Of a stretch of DNA of 32,000 nt, positions 27,394-32,000 are shown piece after piece. Position numbers and translations under genes: made by a program. Origin of the DNA: Sinorhizobium meliloti (GTDB lineage: Bacteria; Pseudomonadota; Alphaproteobacteria; Rhizobiales; Rhizobiaceae). Position 1 is the stretch's first letter, and every line of letters starts with the position of its first letter. The stretch spans positions 180,001 through 212,000 of the forward strand of contig NZ_JAGIOS010000002.1 of assembly GCF_017876815.1 (NCBI RefSeq), read 5' to 3'. The notes under the pieces are model-generated. The model was given only the letters and a program-made list of their open reading frames with translations, did no database searches and was not told the DNA's origin.

Positions 27394-27764
27394 CGACAAG
27401 GAACACGCTTCTTTTCGGTGCAGCGCTGGCGGCGGCGACCGCCGCTGTGGCAGTCGATCACCACAATCATCCCGTTCCGCGCGCCCAGCCAGCAGCGACC
27501 TCCGGTTCGGCAGGAGGGGCAGCACCCTGTGCCTCAGGTGCCCCGTGCTCCGCTGCCGCGCCGTGCGCCGCCGGCGCTCCGCTCGCAGCACCACCTCCAC
27601 CGCCCGCGCCAATGCCCTCTATGCCTTGTGCCGCCGGGGCGCCCTCAACGGCAGTGGCACCCAAGCTCGCGCCTCCGCCGCCGCCGGCTCCCCTGCCGAC
27701 CGAGGGGAAGAAGCTTCCGCCGCCTCCGCCGCCCGCTCCCTTGCCGGTACAGGGAAATGACTGA
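27390..27764 (+). CDS. Small exported Cys/Pro/Ala-rich low-complexity protein of unknown function
   Basis: 124 aa. ATG 27390 overlaps the YeeE stop (ATGA). Signal-peptide-like N-terminus MTTRNTLLFGAALAAATAAVA/VDHHNHP. Four Cys in A/M-P-C contexts (APCASGAPCSAAAPCAAGAP...MPCAAGAP). Two copies of L(A)PPPPPAPLP. The next ORF's ATG overlaps its 3' end by 8 nt. Because it is low-complexity, its coding status is uncertain. Confidence 0.5.
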   Translation: MTTRNTLLFGAALAAATAAVAVDHHNHPVPRAQPAATSGSAGGAAPCASGAPCSAAAPCAAGAPLAAPPPPPAPMPSMPCAAGAPSTAVAPKLAPPPPPAPLPTEGKKLPPPPPPAPLPVQGND

Positions 27765-28344
27765 GGAAGCCGTAGAACTCGCGCGCCGCGAGATCGCCTA
27801 CTGCGAAACCTTGCTCGCCAAGGGCGGCCTCAACGTGCTCAGCGAGACCTTTCGCGACACGGCTGAAATCAAGGCCTGGGACCACTACCCGACCGGCGAT
27901 GTGTTCGACCCGACGAGCGGCGCGCAGTGGTTCTATCACTGCCACCCGGCTGAAGAGGGGGCGGAAGAACACGGCCATTTCCACTGCTTCTTGCGACCGC
28001 AAGGACCGCAAGGGCCGATCCACCATCTCGCGGCTGTGGGGGTCGACGCTCACGGGCGCCTTCTGCGGCTTTTCACGGTGAACCAGTGGGTGGTCGGCGA
28101 TGATTGGCTCGGCGCGGAAGGCACGATCGCTCTTTTGCCGCGCTTCGACGTGCAGATGCCGCGCCCGTCTTATCTCGTGAACCGTTGGCTGACGGCAATT
28201 TTCACCGCCTACGAGCAACAAATAACCGAACTGATCCGCGAGCGTGACCGCACCTTGCTGGCACACCGTCAGCCCGAAAGCGTCGAAGCGCGCCAGGACC
28301 GCGCGCTGGAAGTCACTTCGGAGTTCAAGCTCTCAGGTCGCTAG
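27757..28344 (+). CDS. Conserved-looking hypothetical protein with a His/Cys-rich motif, a putative metal or sulfur ligand site
   Basis: 195 aa from ATG 27757 (MTEEAVELARREIAYCE...). No signal peptide. The motif is WFYHCHPAEEGAEEHGHFHCF. Composition is globular and not low-complexity. The upstream part of track ORF 27418-28344 overlaps the previous gene out of frame. Confidence 0.65.
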   Translation: MTEEAVELARREIAYCETLLAKGGLNVLSETFRDTAEIKAWDHYPTGDVFDPTSGAQWFYHCHPAEEGAEEHGHFHCFLRPQGPQGPIHHLAAVGVDAHGRLLRLFTVNQWVVGDDWLGAEGTIALLPRFDVQMPRPSYLVNRWLTAIFTAYEQQITELIRERDRTLLAHRQPESVEARQDRALEVTSEFKLSGR

Positions 28345-28506
28345 ACTAGATGCGGCGAACGACGATCAAGCATATCCCGTTAATTCCACGCCAAAGCTCC
28401 AAAGAGTGCGGTTCCGGCTCCGAATCTGGGTGAATGAGTGCCTGGAAAGTCCTGTAATCACAGGCGTTCTATGGAATCGGCGCTACCGACCTGAAGGTAC
28501 AACCGG

Positions 28507-29016
28507 ATGATTGAATTCAGGTCACTGACCGAAGCAGATTTTCTGATGTTGTGTGAATGGCTAAATAGCCCTCATATGCGTGCTCACTATCAGAAGACGC
28601 CGATAACGATCGAGGAAGTTCAGGGGAAGTATTCTGAGCGCCTGAGCCCAAGCCATCCCACCCATTGCCATATAGCCCGATATAATGGTGAGCCTTTTGG
28701 AATGTTGCAGTGCTATTCGCTTCGCAACTATCCCGATTTCGCGTCTGAGATAGGCGAGCAAGACGGCGTAGCCGTCGACCTATTTATCGGTGAGGAGCGT
28801 TTCATAGGGAAGGGCTTTGGGAAGGCTATGCTTCGCTCCTATGTGCTGAACGTGGTTCCTTCCATTTTTCCGCAAGACTGCAAATGCTTCATCTGTCACG
28901 CTAAAGAGAACAAAATAGCTATTCGTGGTTCGCTGTCCGCAGGGTTTCTGCCGTATCGAGACGTCATCGAGCGCGGCGTGGAAAGTCTGCTACTTTCATT
29001 CGACCGACCGATTTAG
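28507..29016 (+). CDS. GNAT-family N-acetyltransferase, AAC(6')-Ib-like (aminoglycoside 6'-N-acetyltransferase family)
   Basis: 169 aa. Collinear resemblance, from memory, to AAC(6')-Ib: LTEADFLMLCEWLNSPHM vs MTEHDLAMLYEWLNRSHI, ARYNGEPFGMLQCY vs AMLNGEPIGYAQSY, and FIGKGFGKAMLRSYV vs QLGKGLGTKLVRALV. The gene is markedly AT-richer than its neighbours; 28501-28560 is 26/60 G+C by my count. Confidence 0.8.
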   Translation: MIEFRSLTEADFLMLCEWLNSPHMRAHYQKTPITIEEVQGKYSERLSPSHPTHCHIARYNGEPFGMLQCYSLRNYPDFASEIGEQDGVAVDLFIGEERFIGKGFGKAMLRSYVLNVVPSIFPQDCKCFICHAKENKIAIRGSLSAGFLPYRDVIERGVESLLLSFDRPI

Positions 29017-29170
29017 AGGGATTGGGACTTAAAGCCGAACTGGGCCGTAATGCGCTCGACCGTCTCGGTTATCACGGGTATCGACGACGACCGGCTTGCG
29101 GACCTGAAGTTACGAGCTGTCGGCGAACTACCTCGAGCCAGAGAAGCGGCCCAGGATTGCCTTCTGTTGC

Positions 29171-29764
29171 TTAAATCGCTGCGCCATTCTTTGCGCGTGC
29201 ACGCGCGCTCGCTTCGGCATGGTTCACCCTGCCAAGATATGTCTTGGCACGCACGATCGGGTCGTGCAGATACTGCTCCCGTCCGAGCATCTGGTTGTCA
29301 TTGAGATCGCGCCTGTCGAGCAGATCAAAGGTGACGCGTTCGAGGCGGCAATTCCATCCTTCCGGAGATCGGCCCGCCCATCCGTTCGTGTGGTATGTCA
29401 GCAGTCGGCTCCGAAGCGAGTAGCCGTGGTGGTCGAAAGCGATTACGCCGTCGGTCACGAAAATATGGTTACCGGCGAAGCCTTCGCCGGGGATGATGCG
29501 CTCGGCATAAAATCCGGGAAGGGGTGCCTCGCTCAAAAACACACCGGCGAGAATGGCATACGCGCCATTTCCGAAGAAGACGCGGTCAGGCAGAGCCCAG
29601 CGCCGCACCGGGTCCTTTTTTATGCCGGGCTTCAACGTGTACAAGGTAGGTGCACCATCAAAACTGAATCGGCGACCATCAGCGTGGTCGATGATCATTG
29701 TCGCGTCAATCAAATGATCAAATGCCTTCGAAAGGAACAAAACCAACTGGATGTTCCATAACAT
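29171..29764 (-). CDS. Hypothetical protein (no family recognised)
   Basis: 197-aa ORF, convergent with the GNAT gene. Composition is non-repetitive and globular-looking (…RVFFGNGAYAILAGVFL…NHIFVTDGVIAFDHHGYS…). The SD is weak. The alternative ORF on the + strand (29219-29761) looks like its shadow. Confidence 0.5.
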   Translation of the reverse strand: MLWNIQLVLFLSKAFDHLIDATMIIDHADGRRFSFDGAPTLYTLKPGIKKDPVRRWALPDRVFFGNGAYAILAGVFLSEAPLPGFYAERIIPGEGFAGNHIFVTDGVIAFDHHGYSLRSRLLTYHTNGWAGRSPEGWNCRLERVTFDLLDRRDLNDNQMLGREQYLHDPIVRAKTYLGRVNHAEASARARAKNGAAI

Positions 29765-29850
29765 GCGTTATCTGATTTTACGCCTTATAGTTGCGGACTA
29801 AGGATTAAGTGCGACTTACGATAGATGCCAATGGACTATCACGCTCAGGA

Positions 29851-30030
29851 ATGGCTCATGAGCGCACCTACTCCCAGATCGATATGGATGAACGTCGCAG
29901 GATCGCTCGCTGGCGATCGGCCGGCCTGAGCGCCCCGTCATCGCCGAGAAGCCCTGCCGCAGCGTCGTGCGAGGCGCAGGCCGAGGCATGCCCGACGGCG
30001 CTACGCCCGCCGCTTACACCGCAAAGTTGA
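29851..30030 (+). pseudogene. IS30-family transposase N-terminal fragment (truncated and frameshifted)
   Basis: MAHERTYSQIDMDERRRIARWRSAGLS matches the typical IS30-type HTH start (…YSHLSL.ERR.I.RW…AGLS). A +1 shift continues with VIAEK..., after which similarity is lost and no catalytic domain follows. Confidence 0.45.
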
Positions 30031-30096
30031 AGTGTCCTGATCCTGCAAAGTAAGAACGTCACTCTCCCGGCGTTTTGACGTCGTAGGAGATTGCGG

Positions 30097-30285
30097 ATGG
30101 GATTGATTGCGATGAGTAAGCGGTATCTGCAGCGGATCGAGGTTCTGTCGCAAGTGATCGAACTTGATTCAAAGCAAGTTGAGTGGAAGGATGTCCGGGC
30201 CTCAACGGTCGCTGGCGCCGCTCTAGGAGGCGCTCGTCATCTGGAAATTCGGAGCGAAACATGGCTGCTGAGTCCCACGGCATAG
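30097..30285 (+). pseudogene. Remnant of a second transposase/integrase N-terminal HTH (IS481/ISNCY-like)
   Basis: MGLIAMSKRYLQRIEVLSQVIE resembles the common MGLITMS.REL.R.EVL..V.. start of HTH-integrase-type transposases. The rest is degenerate and runs into the kefB start. Confidence 0.3.
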
Positions 30286-32000
30286 ACCTGCTGCCGGTTA
30301 TCGCCCTGCTTGGAGCGGCCGTCGTCGCGGCTCCGCTTTTCAAACGCATCGGACTCGGCTCTGTTCTCGGTTATCTCGCCGCCGGGATTGCCATCGGCCC
30401 CTTCGGGCTTCGGTTGCTCCAGGAGCCGTCATCCATTCTTCACGTCGCCGAATTGGGCGTGGTGATGTTCCTCTTCATCATCGGACTGGAGATGCGGCCC
30501 TCGCGCCTCTGGGGGCTTCGCCGCGAGATTTTCGGGCTCGGCATCGTACAGGTCGCCCTTTGCGCGCTGCTTCTGACGGGCGTCGGCGTTCTGACCGGCT
30601 TTCCGGTAGCCCCCTCCTTCGTCGCCGGCGCCGGCTTCGTGCTCACCTCGACTGCGATCGTCATGCAGTTGCTGGAGGAACGCCGGGAGATGGCGGCGCC
30701 GAAGGGGCAGCGCATCGTGTCGATTCTCCTCGTGGAGGATATGGCCATCGTGCCCTTGCTTGCGCTGGTCGCCTTCCTCGCACCGATCGTGCCCGGAAGC
30801 GTTGCCGCGTCCGGGGCGATCGACTGGCTTTCGATCGCGATCGGGCTTGTTACGATTGCAGGCCTCGTCCTCGCCGGGCGTTATCTGCTCAATCCGCTTT
30901 TCGGCCTCATTGCAGGCGTCGAAGCCAGGGAGGTGATGACGGCGGCAGCACTGATGGTCGTGCTCGGGTCGGCCTATGTCATGCAGCTCGGCGGTCTCTC
31001 CATGGCGATGGGCGCCTTCCTCGCCGGTGTCCTGCTGTCGGAGTCGACGTTCAGGCATCAGCTCGAGGCCGATGTCGAACCGTTCCGGGGCATTCTGCTC
31101 GGCCTTTTCTTTCTTGCGGTCGGGATGTCGCTCGATCTCGGCGTCATCGCCCGGAACTGGGCGATGATCCTGTTCTACGTGGCCGCCTACATGGTCGTGA
31201 AAGCCATCGTCATCTACCTTGTGGCGCGGCTCTTCAGGGCGTCCAACTGGGAGGCGATCGAGCGTGCGGTTTTCATGGCGCAGGGCGGCGAGTTCGCCTT
31301 CGTGCTCTATGCCGCGGCCCTCGGCACCGGCATCATCAGCAGCGAAGAGAACGCCATTCTGACGGCGATCATCATCGTATCGATGATGGTGACGCCGCTG
31401 CTGATCGCGGCGCTGCGTCTCGTGGAAAGGAACATTCCGCTCTCGACGGACGGCGTGGAGCGGCCCGAGAACCTCAGCGGCAATGTCCTGATCATCGGTT
31501 TCGGCCGTGTCGGCCAGATCGTGAGTCAGGTCCTTCTGACACGAGGTCACGTCATCTCCATCATCGATACCGACGTGGAGATGATCAACACCGCGCGCGA
31601 ATTCGATTTCAAGGTCTATTACGGTGATGGCAAGCGCCTCGACATCCTCCATGCGGCGGGCGCCGAGCGCGCCAGTGCGATCGTGGTCTGCGTGGACAAG
31701 GCGGACGACGCCACGAAAATCGTCGAGCTCATCAAGGCGGAGTTCCCTCTCATCCCGGTTCTCGCGCGTGCCTCTGACCGGCGGCACGCGCTGGATCTCA
31801 TCACCGCGGGCGCCGATTTCCACATCCGTGAGACGTTCGAATCCTCGCTGGTTCTCGGGCAGAAAGCACTGGAGGCGTTGGGAGCGGATCTGCCGGAGGT
31901 CGCCGAAATCATCGAGAAGGTTCGGCAGCGGGACGAGAAGCGGCTCGAGCTCGAATTGGTCGGCGGCCTCTATGCCGGGCGGCCGCTCTTCAGCGGCAAA
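30261..32000 (+). CDS. kefB: Glutathione-regulated K+-efflux / CPA2 monovalent cation:proton antiporter (KefB/KefC-like), 3' end beyond the window
   Basis: Found by reading the sequence; it is absent from the ORF track because it has no stop within the window. ATG 30261 has GGAG 6 nt upstream. 580 codons are open to position 32000. MAAESHGIDLLPVIALLGAAVVAAPLFKRIGLGSVLGYLAAGIAIGPFGL... is a typical Na_H-exchanger N-terminus. The C-terminal RCK/TrkA-N Rossmann motif is NVLIIGFGRVGQ. The 464-aa antisense ORF 30429-31823 is its shadow. Confidence 0.9.
   Translation, partial: MAAESHGIDLLPVIALLGAAVVAAPLFKRIGLGSVLGYLAAGIAIGPFGLRLLQEPSSILHVAELGVVMFLFIIGLEMRPSRLWGLRREIFGLGIVQVALCALLLTGVGVLTGFPVAPSFVAGAGFVLTSTAIVMQLLEERREMAAPKGQRIVSILLVEDMAIVPLLALVAFLAPIVPGSVAASGAIDWLSIAIGLVTIAGLVLAGRYLLNPLFGLIAGVEAREVMTAAALMVVLGSAYVMQLGGLSMAMGAFLAGVLLSESTFRHQLEADVEPFRGILLGLFFLAVGMSLDLGVIARNWAMILFYVAAYMVVKAIVIYLVARLFRASNWEAIERAVFMAQGGEFAFVLYAAALGTGIISSEENAILTAIIIVSMMVTPLLIAALRLVERNIPLSTDGVERPENLSGNVLIIGFGRVGQIVSQVLLTRGHVISIIDTDVEMINTAREFDFKVYYGDGKRLDILHAAGAERASAIVVCVDKADDATKIVELIKAEFPLIPVLARASDRRHALDLITAGADFHIRETFESSLVLGQKALEALGADLPEVAEIIEKVRQRDEKRLELELVGGLYAGRPLFSGK

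Noticed and set aside
27916-27990. The HCH triplet suggesting a multicopper-oxidase copper site.
   Set aside because: The protein is only 195 aa and lacks the other MCO motifs (HxH, HxxHxH). I treat the similarity as coincidental and keep only a generic metal/thiol-binding hypothesis.
29050-29304. 84-aa + strand ORF, and a minus-strand frame ending at 29013, in the GNAT/hypothetical spacer.
   Set aside because: No start context and no recognisable similarity. Part of it overlaps the 3' end of the 197-aa ORF.
30059-30349. 96-aa minus-strand ORF across the kefB start.
   Set aside because: It is antisense to both the IS remnant and the well-supported kefB N-terminus, and its peptide has no features.

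Overview
High-GC alphaproteobacterial DNA that looks like a Sinorhizobium/Ensifer accessory replicon. All calls come from reading motifs by eye; no searches were run.

Gene content, left to right:
- 61-11792: a LysR regulator, a YjbB-type Na/Pi-PhoU transporter, and phnW-phnA-phnY (the phosphonoacetate route of 2-aminoethylphosphonate catabolism). A 460-bp MITE-like palindromic mosaic element follows, then a three-gene ABC importer.
- 11977-15315: a 1112-aa RTX/serralysin-like metalloprotease with an embedded PPC-like domain, followed by a small Tat-signal protein.
- 15928-24945: a LytS-type kinase and LytTR regulator pair, divergent from a 2288-aa autotransporter. Its passenger domain carries 17 copies of an AQSIGGGGGxGG module.
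- 25155-28344: a periplasmic tandem rhodanese, a YeeE/YedE sulfur transporter, a translationally coupled Cys/Pro-rich exported peptide and a His/Cys-motif protein of unknown function.
- 28345-30260: an AT-richer islet with an AAC(6')-Ib-like GNAT gene, an unknown 197-aa ORF and two IS-transposase remnants.
- 30261 to the window end: a kefB-like CPA2 antiporter gene. It is open at the window edge and absent from the ORF track.

No rRNA, tRNA or CRISPR was seen. Most long antisense ORFs in the track are GC-rich shadow ORFs.

The best candidate for undescribed biology is the YeeE-linked cluster, which has non-canonical partners. I see no unambiguous new system, and most of the window is interpretable accessory metabolism and surface-protein genes.
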